A stretch of 56,278 nucleotides of DNA, from positions 1 through 56,278 of the forward strand of contig CALXCG010000003.1 in NCBI GenBank assembly GCA_944386745.1. Reading direction: 5' to 3'. Origin of the DNA: an uncultured Clostridia bacterium (GTDB taxonomy: Bacteria; Bacillota; Clostridia; TANB77; CAG-508). This document shows, piece by piece, positions 40,934 through 51,334 of this stretch; position 1 is the first letter of the stretch; each line of letters opens with the position of its first letter. Made by a program: the position numbers and the translations under genes. The notes under the pieces are model-generated. The model searched no databases, was not told the DNA's origin, and saw nothing but the letters and a program-made list of their open reading frames with translations.

Positions 40934-43582
40934 ATGGAGAGTAAATTTAATCCAAAAGATTTTGAAGACAGATTGTATAAAGAGTGGGAGGAAAAAGGTT
41001 ATTTTAAACCTAGCATGGATAAAACAAAAGAAAGTTTTTGTATAATGATGCCACCACCAAATGTAACAGGAAAACTTCACATGGGGCATGCATTAGATGA
41101 TACAATACAAGACATTTTAATTAGATATAAAAGAATGCAAGGATTTAATACTTTATGGCTTCCAGGAACAGACCATTCATCAATATCTACAGAAATGAAA
41201 GTTGTTCAAAAATTAAAAGATGAAGGAAAAACAAAACAAGATTTAGGAAGAGAAAAATTTTTAGAAGAAGCATGGGCATGGACTAAACTTTATGGTGGTA
41301 CAATTGAAAATCAACAAAGAAAACTAGGCTGTTCATGTGACTGGGACAGAAGAAGATTTACACTTGATGAAGGTTTGTCAGAAGCAGTTTTAGAAGAATT
41401 TGTTAATTTATATAATGATGGATATATATATAAAGGAACAAGAATGGTAAATTGGTGTCCTAATTGTAATACAGCCATTTCAGATGCAGAAGTTGAATAT
41501 AAAGAGGAAGATTCTCATTTATGGCATTTAAGATATAAATTAAAAGATGAAGAAAGATTCGTAGAAGTTGCAACAACAAGACCAGAAACAATGCTTGGAG
41601 ATACAGCAGTTGCTGTTCATCCAGATGATGAAAGATACAAAGATATTGTAGGAAAAACTTGTATATTGCCAATAGTAAATAGAGAAATTCCAATAATTGC
41701 AGATGAATTTGTAGAAAAAGAATTTGGAACAGGATGTGTTAAGATTACACCATCTCATGATCCTAATGACTATCAAGCAGGATTAAAACATAATTTAGAA
41801 TTTATAGAAGTATTTGATAATAAAACAATTATGGGAGATTTAATGCCAGAAGTAAAAGGAATGACGGCAATTGAGGCAAGGCCAATAATTGTAGAAAAAT
41901 TAAAAGAATTAGGAGCATTAGTATCAATAGAAGATTATACTCATAATGTTGGAAAATGTGAAAGATGTAAAACAACAATTGAACCAAGAGTTTCAGAGCA
42001 ATGGTTTGTAAAAATGGAAGAACTTGCAAAGCCAGCATTAGAAGCAGTTAGAAATGATGATGTAAAATTTATTCCAAAAAGATATGAAAAAACATATTTT
42101 AATTGGTTAGAAAACATTCAAGATTGGTGTATTTCTAGACAACTTTGGTGGGGACATCAAATACCAGCTTACTATTGTGATGAATGTGGACACATAAATG
42201 TTGCAAAAACAAAACCAGAAAAATGTGAAAAATGTGGATGTACTAAATTACATCAAGATCCAGATACATTAGATACATGGTTTAGTTCAGCATTATGGCC
42301 ATTTTCAACACTTGGTTGGCCAAATAAAGAATCAGAAGATTTAAAAACATTTTATCCTACAAATGTATTAGTAACAGGATATGATATCATATTCTTCTGG
42401 GTAGCTAGAATGGTATTTTCAGGATTATATGCAATGAAAGAAAAACCATTTAGTGATGTATTAATACATGGAATAGTACGTGACAGTCAAGGAAGAAAAA
42501 TGTCAAAAACATTGGGCAATGGTGTAGATCCAATAGAAGTAATAGATCAATATGGAGCAGATAGCTTGAGATTTTCAGTATTATCAGGAACTACAATGGG
42601 AAATGACATAAGATACATGCCAGAAAAATTAGAACAAGCATCAAATTTTGCAAATAAGATGTGGAATGCAGCTAAATTCATTATAATGAACATGCCAGAA
42701 AAAGAAAAACTAATCAAATTTAGAGAAGAAAATTATAATGAAAAAGAAAATTCATATAAAGAAGATTCACTAAAATTAGAAGATAAATGGATTATCAACA
42801 AAACAAATAAATTAGTTGCAGAAATAACAACAAATATTGATAATTATGACTTAGGAATAGCAATAGACAAACTATATAGCTTTATTTGGAACGAATTTTG
42901 TGATTGGTATATAGAATTTGCAAAAATATCTTTATACAATGGAACAGATGAAGATAAAGTAAGAACTGCATATGTTTTAAATGAAGTATTTAGAAATTGT
43001 TTAAAATTACTACATCCATTTATGCCATTTGTTACATCAGAAATTTATAATGACTTAGTAAATTATGATGGCAAAGATTTGATGGTATCTGAGTGGCCAA
43101 AAGCAAAAAGCCAAGATGGTAAATTTGAATATGATTTTGAAGAAGAAATAATCGAAAAGATAAAAGAAATAATAGTAGAAATCAGAAATGTTAGAAGTAC
43201 TAAAAACATACATCCAAGTAAAAAAGCAGAATTAATATTAGTAACTGATAGATATCAAAATGAATTAAAACAAGCAGAAGGAATATTGCTAAAATTAGGA
43301 TTTGCAGATTCAGTAAAAATTCAAGATAATAGTAGTATTTCAGAAAACAGTATTCATATAGTAACAGATGGAATTGAAGTATTTATTCCACTAGAAGGCT
43401 TAATAGATTTAGAAGAAGAGAAGAAAAGGGTTGAACAAGAAAGAAAAAGACTACAATCTGAAATTGAAAGATGTGAAAAAATGCTATCAAATCCAGGATT
43501 TATGAATAAAGCACCACAAGCAAAAATTGATGAAGAAAAAGAAAAATTAGCTAAATATAAAGAAATGCTAGAGAGGATTTAA
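40934..43582 (+). CDS. valS: Valyl-tRNA synthetase
   Basis: PPPNVTGKLHMGH, DWCISRQLWWGH, KMSKT, C-terminal coiled coil. Confidence 0.97.
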   Translation: MESKFNPKDFEDRLYKEWEEKGYFKPSMDKTKESFCIMMPPPNVTGKLHMGHALDDTIQDILIRYKRMQGFNTLWLPGTDHSSISTEMKVVQKLKDEGKTKQDLGREKFLEEAWAWTKLYGGTIENQQRKLGCSCDWDRRRFTLDEGLSEAVLEEFVNLYNDGYIYKGTRMVNWCPNCNTAISDAEVEYKEEDSHLWHLRYKLKDEERFVEVATTRPETMLGDTAVAVHPDDERYKDIVGKTCILPIVNREIPIIADEFVEKEFGTGCVKITPSHDPNDYQAGLKHNLEFIEVFDNKTIMGDLMPEVKGMTAIEARPIIVEKLKELGALVSIEDYTHNVGKCERCKTTIEPRVSEQWFVKMEELAKPALEAVRNDDVKFIPKRYEKTYFNWLENIQDWCISRQLWWGHQIPAYYCDECGHINVAKTKPEKCEKCGCTKLHQDPDTLDTWFSSALWPFSTLGWPNKESEDLKTFYPTNVLVTGYDIIFFWVARMVFSGLYAMKEKPFSDVLIHGIVRDSQGRKMSKTLGNGVDPIEVIDQYGADSLRFSVLSGTTMGNDIRYMPEKLEQASNFANKMWNAAKFIIMNMPEKEKLIKFREENYNEKENSYKEDSLKLEDKWIINKTNKLVAEITTNIDNYDLGIAIDKLYSFIWNEFCDWYIEFAKISLYNGTDEDKVRTAYVLNEVFRNCLKLLHPFMPFVTSEIYNDLVNYDGKDLMVSEWPKAKSQDGKFEYDFEEEIIEKIKEIIVEIRNVRSTKNIHPSKKAELILVTDRYQNELKQAEGILLKLGFADSVKIQDNSSISENSIHIVTDGIEVFIPLEGLIDLEEEKKRVEQERKRLQSEIERCEKMLSNPGFMNKAPQAKIDEEKEKLAKYKEMLERI

Positions 43583-43661
43583 AAAAATCAAAAAATTGTT
43601 GACTTTTGAGTATATTTTGTGTTAATATAAATATAATAGTTAAGAACATCTTTGTTTTTAA

Positions 43662-43766
43662 TAAATGTGTTTGTCGTCGCCTCTTTGACGACTAATAAAT
43701 GAGAGAGTGAGTAAATGTGTTTGTCGTCGCCTCTTTGACGACTAATAAATGAGAGAGTGTTTAAAT
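43662..43766 (+). ncRNA. Type III TA antitoxin RNA (CptI-like), about 2.1 repeats with 50-nt period
   Basis: Two identical 48-nt units containing a GTCGTC/GACGAC stem with CTCT/AGAG pseudoknot potential; TTGACT promoter at 43599. Confidence 0.85.
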
Positions 43767-43768
43767 CG

Positions 43769-43792
43769 AGGCTTACCACAAAAGGTAAGCCT
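43769..43792 (+). terminator. Hairpin between the antitoxin repeats and the toxin gene
   Basis: AGGCTTACC-ACAAAA-GGTAAGCCT. Confidence 0.8.
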
Positions 43793-43816
43793 TAGATATT
43801 ATAAGGAGTAATAAAT

Positions 43817-44308
43817 ATGCAAATAAATGTAGGATATTTTTATTTCATAAAAGATGAATTTTTTGATGTTATAGATGATCCAGAGTTGATGAAAAATAAG
43901 GAAAATGGCATAAAAAGACCATGTTATTTTTGTTTTAAAAGTAAAGAAAATGACAGAATTATTTGGTTTATACCAGTAAGTACTAAAATAGATAAATATA
44001 AAAAAATATACAAAAATAAAATAGAAAAACAAATAAAACTTGGTAAAAAAGCTTCAGTAGACACAATAGTATTTGGTTATGTTTCAAATGTATATAGTAC
44101 ATTTCTTATACAAAATATGTTTCCAGTAACAGAAAATTACATAGAAAATCAATATATAAAAAATAATGTTGCAATTACACTGTCTAATAAATTGCAAACA
44201 GAAATAATTTATAAATCAAATAAGGTTTTAAATTTATATAATCATGGTATGAAAAATATTGTTTTTCCAAATATAGATAGAATATTAAGTCAGTTAATGA
44301 TGATTTAG
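43817..44308 (+). CDS. Type III TA endoribonuclease toxin (CptN-like)
   Basis: GYFYFIKDEFF..D..LMKNKE..RPCYFCF, WFIPVSTKIDKYK, FLIQNMFPV; repeats-terminator-toxin layout. Confidence 0.88.
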   Translation: MQINVGYFYFIKDEFFDVIDDPELMKNKENGIKRPCYFCFKSKENDRIIWFIPVSTKIDKYKKIYKNKIEKQIKLGKKASVDTIVFGYVSNVYSTFLIQNMFPVTENYIENQYIKNNVAITLSNKLQTEIIYKSNKVLNLYNHGMKNIVFPNIDRILSQLMMI

Positions 44309-44525
44309 TGGGAAATCCAAAATCCTTAAATCTAAACAATTTCTATAATTTTATTGAAAAATTAACTATTCTATGGTACATTAAGGATATATCTACAATA
44401 ATGTAGACTATTTTGTAACTGAGCCATATCTATTTTATTAGTTTTCAATTTTATATTTAGATGTGGTGTAATGTGTCTTGTAAGAGACATCGCTCTTTTC
44501 TAATTGAAAGGAGGAAAAAGAAAGC

Positions 44526-44759
44526 ATGAAAAAATATGAAATTGCTTTCTTGGGAGCTGGAATTGCACTTTTAACAGCAATTATCCTCCCGATAGTGGCG
44601 GTATATATCTCTACTGCTACTATAGAAAATTGGTTTGTCCTGTATTTCGGATTATCTGGATTGGGATTTGGCTTTATTAGCATTTTCTTATTCAGATGGG
44701 GACATAACCTTCTTATTGCAGAACAAATGCAAACAATGTTGGATAAATCCAATAATTAG
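44526..44759 (+). CDS. Small two-TM orphan protein
   Basis: AAGGAGG RBS, two hydrophobic segments, downstream hairpin. Confidence 0.6.
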   Translation: MKKYEIAFLGAGIALLTAIILPIVAVYISTATIENWFVLYFGLSGLGFGFISIFLFRWGHNLLIAEQMQTMLDKSNN

Positions 44760-44771
44760 CATGGGATTCTG

Positions 44772-44802
44772 AAAAAAACTGGCGCAATTAAGCGTCAGTT
44801 TT
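44772..44802. terminator. Bidirectional terminator between convergent orphan ORFs
   Basis: AAAAAACTGGCGC...GCGTCAGTTTTTT. Confidence 0.6.
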
Positions 44803-45040
44803 TTGAGTTATTTTTTAGGGTTAGTTCTCGTGAAATTTTAATAGCTACAGCCATCTTTTCTAATTCAAAATCTACTTTTCCCTTTGAATGTCCTCTAGTT
44901 ATCATCATTCCTGCCCAAGCTTTCAAGCCACCTATGATTATTGAATAAAAAATGTTATCAGGTAAGTTGAAATAATTTTTTATTTGACATTTCCGAGAAC
45001 ACTCCCAACATTGAAGATTACAATCATCTGGTAAATACAT
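44795..45040 (-). CDS. Small Cys-rich orphan protein
   Basis: AAGGAG RBS; CNLQCWECSRKC cluster; in-frame CGG at codon 16. Confidence 0.5.
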   Translation of the reverse strand: MYLPDDCNLQCWECSRKCQIKNYFNLPDNIFYSIIIGGLKAWAGMMITRGHSKGKVDFELEKMAVAIKISRELTLKNNSKN

Positions 45041-45192
45041 ATAACTCTCCTTTCAGAAATACACTATTAAGTTACATATATATTATACATGTATTTGACA
45101 TAAAAGTAAATAAGTTCCAAATAAAAAAGAAATGCTAGAAAAAATTTCTGATTTATTATTTTCTAATATATTTTATTCATTTCCAATGCGCT

Positions 45193-45218
45193 TGTCGAAA
45201 ACTTCTTATGAATCGACA
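45193..45218. promoter_or_regulatory. Spo0A-box matches upstream of the spoIIA operon
   Basis: TGTCGAA at 45193-99 and inverted TGTCGAT at 45212-18; spoIIA is a known Spo0A target. Confidence 0.6.
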
Positions 45219-45294
45219 AAACTTCTTATTTTTTACTCTTGGAAAATAATGTAAATGGTGCTACAATTTGATTAGAAAAACAAAGGAGGCAAAA

Positions 45295-45633
45295 ATGGAA
45301 TCTAAATTTTATGAAAAGGACAAGCTATTGGTCTTTAAAATTTCAGATGAAATTGATGACCATAATGTTCAAAAGATAAGGGGGAAAGTTGATTATGAAA
45401 TTGAGAGATATATGCCAAAAAGAATTATATTTGATTTTGATAGTGTTTCTTTCATGGATAGTGCGGGAATAGGTCTAATGATAGGTAGATACAAATTTGC
45501 AACAATGCTTGGAGCAAAAGTTGAAATGATAAATGTACAAGGAAATGTAAAAAGAATTTTTGAGATGAGTGGAATTTTAAGATTAATTCCTCTTGTGGAA
45601 GATATAAGAGATATAGATGAAAAAGTATCATAA
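45295..45633 (+). CDS. spoIIAA: Anti-sigma-F antagonist
   Basis: EIDDH, FMDSAGIG (STAS domain); ATG follows AAGGAGG. Confidence 0.92.
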   Translation: MESKFYEKDKLLVFKISDEIDDHNVQKIRGKVDYEIERYMPKRIIFDFDSVSFMDSAGIGLMIGRYKFATMLGAKVEMINVQGNVKRIFEMSGILRLIPLVEDIRDIDEKVS

Positions 45634-45697
45634 AATGTAACAATTTATTTTAATAAGAATGAAAATTTCATTTATACAGGTGGGAGGATAAAAATAA

Positions 45698-46174
45698 ATG
45701 AAAGAAAAATTTGAAAATGAAATGAAACTTGAGTTTATAAGTAAATCTAGTAATGAAGCATTTGCAAGGGTTGCAGTTGCAGCATTTGCAGCACAATTAG
45801 ATCCAACGATTGAAGAACTAGCAGATATAAAAACAGCGGTTTCTGAAGCTGTTACAAATAGTATTATTCATGGTTATGAGGACAAGCAAGGAATAATAAA
45901 AATAGTATGTAAGCTAAAAGAAAATGAAATAATAATAGAAATTTCAGATACAGGAAAAGGTATTGAAGATATTGAAGCTGCAAAAGAGCCATTATATACT
46001 ACGAAGCCAAATTTAGAAAGATCTGGAATGGGATTTACTATAATGGAGAGCTTCATGGATAGTATGGAAATCGAATCAATAGTAGGATTAGGGACAAAAG
46101 TCACTATGTCCAAAAAGATTAAAGAAAAAGAAGAAAAAACTGAAGATGAATTTGGGATATTAGTAAATGACTAA
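45698..46174 (+). CDS. spoIIAB: Anti-sigma-F factor
   Basis: [29 protein letters not shown]. Confidence 0.95.
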   Translation: MKEKFENEMKLEFISKSSNEAFARVAVAAFAAQLDPTIEELADIKTAVSEAVTNSIIHGYEDKQGIIKIVCKLKENEIIIEISDTGKGIEDIEAAKEPLYTTKPNLERSGMGFTIMESFMDSMEIESIVGLGTKVTMSKKIKEKEEKTEDEFGILVND

Positions 46175-46218
46175 ACTAAATTTGCTAATACAACAATACA
46201 AGAGGAGTACATTGATAT

Positions 46219-46974
46219 ATGTGTGAAGAAGATATACAAAAAATAGAGAAAGCCCAAAGTGGAGATAAAAATGCTTTAGAAGAGTTAATTGAAGAGAACA
46301 ATGGGCTTATCTGGAGTATAGTAAAAAGATTTTATGGAAGAGGTCATGAACCAGAAGATTTATATCAAATTGGATGTTTAGGATTTATCAAGTCAATCAA
46401 AAGATTTAATACAGATTTTGAAGTTAAATTATCAACATACGCAGTTCCGTATATGATAGGAGAAATAAAAAGATATATTAGAGATGATGGACCAGTAAAG
46501 GTTAGTAGAAGTATAAAAGATTTAGGAATAAAAATAAGAGAATTACAAAAAGAAAAAATTAACAAACAAGGAAGAGAACCTAAGATTCAGGAAATAGCAA
46601 AAGAACTAAATGTGGATTTAGATGATGTAATTTTGGCTATGGAAGCTACAAATTCTGTTGAATCAATTGAAGGTACAAAACATATAAATAATAAAGATGG
46701 AAAAAGTATAAGTTTATTAGATACATTGTCAACAGAAAAAAATGAAGAAGAAACAATTACAAATAAATTAGCAATTGGGCAGTTAATAAAAGATTTAAAT
46801 GACAGAGAAAAAGAGATAATTTTATTAAGATATTATAAAGAGAAAACACAAGCACAAGTCGCAAAAATTTTAGGAATTAGTCAAGTACAAGTTTCGCGAT
46901 TAGAAAGAAAAATATTAGAAAATATGAGGAGAAAAATGACAACGTCCCCAACGCGACATGAGAGGAGAAGATGA
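46219..46974 (+). CDS. sigF: RNA polymerase sigma-F factor
   Basis: DLYQIGCLG, STYAVP.MIGEI, GISQVQVSRLE; third gene of the spoIIA operon. Confidence 0.92.
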   Translation: MCEEDIQKIEKAQSGDKNALEELIEENNGLIWSIVKRFYGRGHEPEDLYQIGCLGFIKSIKRFNTDFEVKLSTYAVPYMIGEIKRYIRDDGPVKVSRSIKDLGIKIRELQKEKINKQGREPKIQEIAKELNVDLDDVILAMEATNSVESIEGTKHINNKDGKSISLLDTLSTEKNEEETITNKLAIGQLIKDLNDREKEIILLRYYKEKTQAQVAKILGISQVQVSRLERKILENMRRKMTTSPTRHERRR

Positions 46975-46978
46975 AATT

Positions 46979-48028
46979 ATGAAAAAAATTGTTATATATT
47001 TTCTAATGTTTATTTTTATATGTTTTATTTTGCCAGCACTTTTAACAAAAAATGATATAGCAACAAGTGCATTAGATGAAGCAAATAATGAAGAAGAGAG
47101 TGGAATCAACCAAGAAAATCAAGAAAACCAAGCAGAAAATAGTATACAATATACAGAATATAATTATGAAAAATATGGAACAATAAAGTTATTGCATTCC
47201 AAAACTGAGGAAATAGAAGAAGTAAAATTAGATGATTACTTGTGTAATGTTGTATCGGCAGAAATGCCAGCAGATTTTGAATTAGAAGCATTAAAAGCAC
47301 AGGCAATAGTTGCAAGAACTTATACTATATATAAAATACAAAACAAAAAACATGATAATGCAGATATATGTGATGATTCAGCTTGTTGTCAGGCATGGAT
47401 TTCAAAAGAAGATAGACTAAATAGATGGGATGAAAATCTAAGAGAAAGCAATTGGGCAAAAATTGAGCAATGTGTATATGGAACAGCTGGAAAAATAATT
47501 ACATATAATAATCAACCAATAAATGCATTCTTTCATTCTAATAGTGGTGGAGCAACAGAATTACCTGTAAATGTTTGGGGTGGTGGAAGTGACATGCCAT
47601 ATTTACAAGTTGTTGAAACATCAGGTGAAGATGAATATACTCAATATGCTTCAGAAGTTGAATTAACTCAAGATGAATTATTGGCAAAACTAAAAGAAAA
47701 ATATTCTGATATACAAATTGATTTTAATAATGATGAAGATATTAAAATATTGGAATATACAGATAGTAATAGGGTGAAAACTGTGAAGTTTGGAAATCAT
47801 GAAATAGCAGGTACAGAAGTGAGAAGCATTTTTGGATTAAGGTCAACAAATTTTGAAATAACAAAACAAGATGGAAATATAAAATTTACTGTAAAAGGCT
47901 ATGGTCATGGTGTTGGCATGAGTCAAACAGGAGCTGATAGTTTAGCAAAACAAGGAAGTAATTGTGAAGATATAATTCATCATTTTTATACTGATGTTGA
48001 AATAAAAGAAGTAAATGATTTAAATTAA
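46979..48028 (+). CDS. spoIID: Stage II sporulation protein D (lytic transglycosylase)
   Basis: VVSAEMPA.F..EALKAQAI.ARTY, GYGHGVGMSQ.GA. Confidence 0.92.
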   Translation: MKKIVIYFLMFIFICFILPALLTKNDIATSALDEANNEEESGINQENQENQAENSIQYTEYNYEKYGTIKLLHSKTEEIEEVKLDDYLCNVVSAEMPADFELEALKAQAIVARTYTIYKIQNKKHDNADICDDSACCQAWISKEDRLNRWDENLRESNWAKIEQCVYGTAGKIITYNNQPINAFFHSNSGGATELPVNVWGGGSDMPYLQVVETSGEDEYTQYASEVELTQDELLAKLKEKYSDIQIDFNNDEDIKILEYTDSNRVKTVKFGNHEIAGTEVRSIFGLRSTNFEITKQDGNIKFTVKGYGHGVGMSQTGADSLAKQGSNCEDIIHHFYTDVEIKEVNDLN

Positions 48029-48108
48029 AAAATAAATTGCAAAAATGTATATTCTTCTTAAAACAGGAAATACTTGTAATATATATAAGTATTTGAAAGG
48101 AGAATATT

Positions 48109-48960
48109 ATGGGAAGAAATAATAGAAGAATGAAAGAGATGTCTACAAGTGATAAAATCATTTTATATTCTACAATAGGAGTGATTATTTTAGCAGTTAT
48201 AATTACGGCTTTATTTCTATATAGTAAAAAGCTAAATGATGATGTAAGAAATAGCACAATGAGCCTTGAAGATATGGCAAATTTAACAAATAATACTTCA
48301 CAAGAAAGTGAAAGTGCAAGTACAGAGATAGGAAAATCAGTGGAAGAAGCTGAAAATGAAATGAACAGTACGAATAACACAAATAGTACGAATAGTGCAA
48401 ATACTACAAATAGTATAAATTCTAATACAACAAACACTAATAATATCGTAAGCAATATAGGTAATAGCAATGCAAATAATGTAAATGCTACAAATTCTAG
48501 TAATAATTCAGTAGCTACTGCATCAGAAAACCAAGAAACTGAAACAAAGAAAGAAATAAGTTTCGAAAGACCAGTAGAAGGTGAAATTGTAAGAGAATAT
48601 GCTAAAGACAGTCTAATTTATTCTGAAACATTGCAAGAATGGACAACACACACTGGAATAGATATAAAAGCTGATAAAACGACAGTAGTAAAAGCAGCAG
48701 AAGCAGGAACTATAAAATCAATAAAAAATGATCCGAGATATGGTTTAACAATAGTAATAGAACATGATGACCAATACCAGACTATATATTCAAATTTATT
48801 GACTTCTGAATTTGTTGTTGAAGGAGAGAAAGTAGAAAAAGGACAGGCAATAGGAACAGTTGGAAATACAGCAGTATTTGAGATTGCTGATGAGCCACAT
48901 CTTCATTTTGAGATTTGGAAAGATTCTTTGCCAGTTGATCCAACTAGGTTAATGAAATAG
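48109..48960 (+). CDS. M23 peptidase domain membrane protein (SpoIIQ-like)
   Basis: N-terminal TM, N/S/T-rich linker, HTGID, HLHFE; downstream of spoIID. Confidence 0.8.
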   Translation: MGRNNRRMKEMSTSDKIILYSTIGVIILAVIITALFLYSKKLNDDVRNSTMSLEDMANLTNNTSQESESASTEIGKSVEEAENEMNSTNNTNSTNSANTTNSINSNTTNTNNIVSNIGNSNANNVNATNSSNNSVATASENQETETKKEISFERPVEGEIVREYAKDSLIYSETLQEWTTHTGIDIKADKTTVVKAAEAGTIKSIKNDPRYGLTIVIEHDDQYQTIYSNLLTSEFVVEGEKVEKGQAIGTVGNTAVFEIADEPHLHFEIWKDSLPVDPTRLMK

Positions 48961-48964
48961 GAAG

Positions 48965-48997
48965 AGGGATTAAGGGACGTTCTTTTAATCCCTTTTT
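48965..48997 (+). repeat. Single REP-like unit, probably also a terminator
   Basis: AGGGATTAA-GGGACGTTCTT-TTAATCCCT-TTTT. Confidence 0.7.
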
Positions 48998-49314
48998 AGT
49001 GAAGATAGTATTTCTACAAAATTTAAAAACTAAAATCTAAAAATTAAATTTAAAGGCATTGACAAAAGAAAAATGGTAATATAAAATTACAAATGTAAAC
49101 ATTGTATACACAATTGACTATAAATATATCTTAAATATATAACTTATTTTTTAATACTTTATTTGTAATGATTAGAAGTAATGTACAAGATTGTATTTGC
49201 AAGAGTAAAATTAATTTTTAGTTGAACTATTACTAAAAAAGAAATTGGACCAAAAGGAAAATTGTTTACAAAAAATAAAACATTTAACGTAAGAGAAAAA
49301 GAAGGAGGATTACG

Positions 49315-50697
49315 ATGCTAGAAAAAGTAAAAAATAAACAAAAAGAAACGCAAAAAAGTATTAATACACAGGAAAAGGGTATAACATTAATTGCCATAGT
49401 TATCACAATTATTGTGTTATTAATATTAGCCGGAGTTAGCATTGCAACTTTAACAGGACAAAATGGAATACTAACAAGGGCAAATGATGCAAAAGAGCAA
49501 ACAGAGATTGCATCAGTAAAAGAACAAGCGCAGTTAGACATAGCAAATTGGATGGCAGAGAGATTAAAAAATAATGAAGATATAACATTAGATGATTTAA
49601 CAATAAAAAACATAATAGAGATAGAAAATGCAAGTAATAGTAATAAGTATTATAAAGAATTACAAAGTGATAAAATAATAACACCAAATGGATATGAAAT
49701 ATTATATTCAGAATTGTATACAAATAGTAATGGAGGAAATAGTGGTGAGATAGAAACAGAAAGTTTACCATCAACAGCTGAAACAGCACCATTTTTACCA
49801 GAAGGAGCAACACCGACAAATACTGATTGGGATACAGGAGTAACAATAAAAGATAGTAATAATAACGAATGGGTATGGGTAGTAGTACCGAAAAGTGTGA
49901 CAGCAAGTGCAACAGATGACAACCAAATAATGGAAGCATTAATAGACTATGCAAGAGATTATAGAGACAGCTTTTCTGACACTTGGTATAGTGGTTGTGG
50001 ATTAGAAGAAGATGAATACGGAGAGAAATATAGCACTATGTTGCAAAGTATAAAAACATATGGTGGATTTTATATAGGAAAATATGAAGTTGGTTCGTTT
50101 GATAATCCAGTAACATCAGAAAATATCACAAGAGAAACAGTAATACAAAAAGGAGCATATCCATATAATTGGGTAACATGTAGCCAAGCAGAGGATTTAG
50201 CGGAAGAATTAGCAACAGGAGGAAAGACAAGTACATTGATGTTTGGAATACAGTGGGATTTAGTGCTAACATATTTGGAAACAAGTGGAGGATTAACATA
50301 TAATGAATTAGCAGAGGATTCAACAAGTAGGGGGAACTATAGAAATAGTAGTTTTCCAGTAGCAGAAGGAAATAAATATGCGATTTATAGTAATTATAGT
50401 TTAGGAGAATGGGCTGATGTACCAGTGAATTATGATAAACCATCTTTTACAGCAAATGGAAATGGAGTTTTATTATCAACAGGTGCAACAGAAGATAATA
50501 ATATAATGAATATATATGATTTAGCTGGAAATGTAGCTGAATGGACATTAGAAAAAAGTACTGAGACTGATAATCCCTGTGTTTGTAGAGGAGGGGGGTA
50601 TGACGATATTGGCTCTGCTGCTCCAGTCTCTGGACGTGGTAGTATTAGTATTTCTAACAGTCGCATTGACGTTAGTTTTCGACCAGTTTTATATTAA
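49315..50697 (+). CDS. Type IV pilin-like protein with C-terminal FGE-sulfatase/C-type-lectin-like domain
   Basis: KGITLIAIVITIIVLLILAGVSI prepilin-like segment; GGFYIGKYE, IYDLAGNVAEWT, RGG..., SFRPVLY. Confidence 0.8.
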   Translation: MLEKVKNKQKETQKSINTQEKGITLIAIVITIIVLLILAGVSIATLTGQNGILTRANDAKEQTEIASVKEQAQLDIANWMAERLKNNEDITLDDLTIKNIIEIENASNSNKYYKELQSDKIITPNGYEILYSELYTNSNGGNSGEIETESLPSTAETAPFLPEGATPTNTDWDTGVTIKDSNNNEWVWVVVPKSVTASATDDNQIMEALIDYARDYRDSFSDTWYSGCGLEEDEYGEKYSTMLQSIKTYGGFYIGKYEVGSFDNPVTSENITRETVIQKGAYPYNWVTCSQAEDLAEELATGGKTSTLMFGIQWDLVLTYLETSGGLTYNELAEDSTSRGNYRNSSFPVAEGNKYAIYSNYSLGEWADVPVNYDKPSFTANGNGVLLSTGATEDNNIMNIYDLAGNVAEWTLEKSTETDNPCVCRGGGYDDIGSAAPVSGRGSISISNSRIDVSFRPVLY

Positions 50698-50877
50698 AAT
50701 TTGTTGATTGCATAAAGTATCAAATTTAAGATATAAGCTTAAGTCATGTGATTCAAAGTAGAAATAAAGAAAATGAAAATTTTGCAAGAAAATGAAAAAG
50801 AAAAAAATTTAAAAAAACTCTTGCAAAATCCAAAAAACATGATATAATAATTAGCAATGTGAATAAAAAACAAAAAC

Positions 50878-51190
50878 AAGGACACGATAAATAATGTAAC
50901 AACTTAAAGAGAGCCAAAGGTTGCTGTGAATTTGGTAAGTAAAAATTATTTATTATCACCTATGTTGTTGCTAGACTGAAATTGTTAAATATTTTGCAAG
51001 TAAATTGTTAAAATTAAATTTACTAAATACAAAAATAAGTTTAGCCGTAATCTTGCGTTAAAAGAAAAATGAGAGAACAAATTGCAATATAATCAAATTA
51101 GTGATTAATATATAAATTTGTTAAAATAGGTGGTACCGCGGAATTAAAGCTATTTCGTCCTAATACAATAGGACAGAATAGCTTTTTTTG
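50878..51190 (+). promoter_or_regulatory. T-box riboswitch (Ile)
   Basis: AGAGA and GCTGTGAA stem I motifs, likely specifier ATC 50955-57, AGGTGGTACCGCG 51128-40, terminator 51146-90. Confidence 0.88.
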
Positions 51191-51317
51191 TTCAAACAAA
51201 TGAAAATCAGCACCTTGCACATTTTCGTTTCATTATCAAACTTCAATGTACAAAAGTACGATTTCAGCTTGATAATTCAGCAAAAATGCACAATATACTA
51301 ATTTTGATTTATTTGAA
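51191..51317. repeat. ~127-bp imperfect palindrome (copy 2)
   Basis: TTCAAACAAAT...ATTTATTTGAA; nearly identical to 40675-40802. Confidence 0.8.
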
Positions 51318-51334
51318 ATAAAATTGTAGAGAGA

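Noticed and set aside
43570-43582. AGG-A at the end of valS as another frameshift signal
   Set aside because: AGG is used in frame in many intact genes and valS ends normally.
43662-43766. Direct repeats as a CRISPR array
   Set aside because: Units are adjacent with no unique spacers and no cas genes; the layout fits a type III antitoxin.
49058-49314. c-di-GMP or other riboswitch in the long pilin leader
   Set aside because: A TTGACA promoter element is present, but I could not find the conserved riboswitch motifs or convincing stems.
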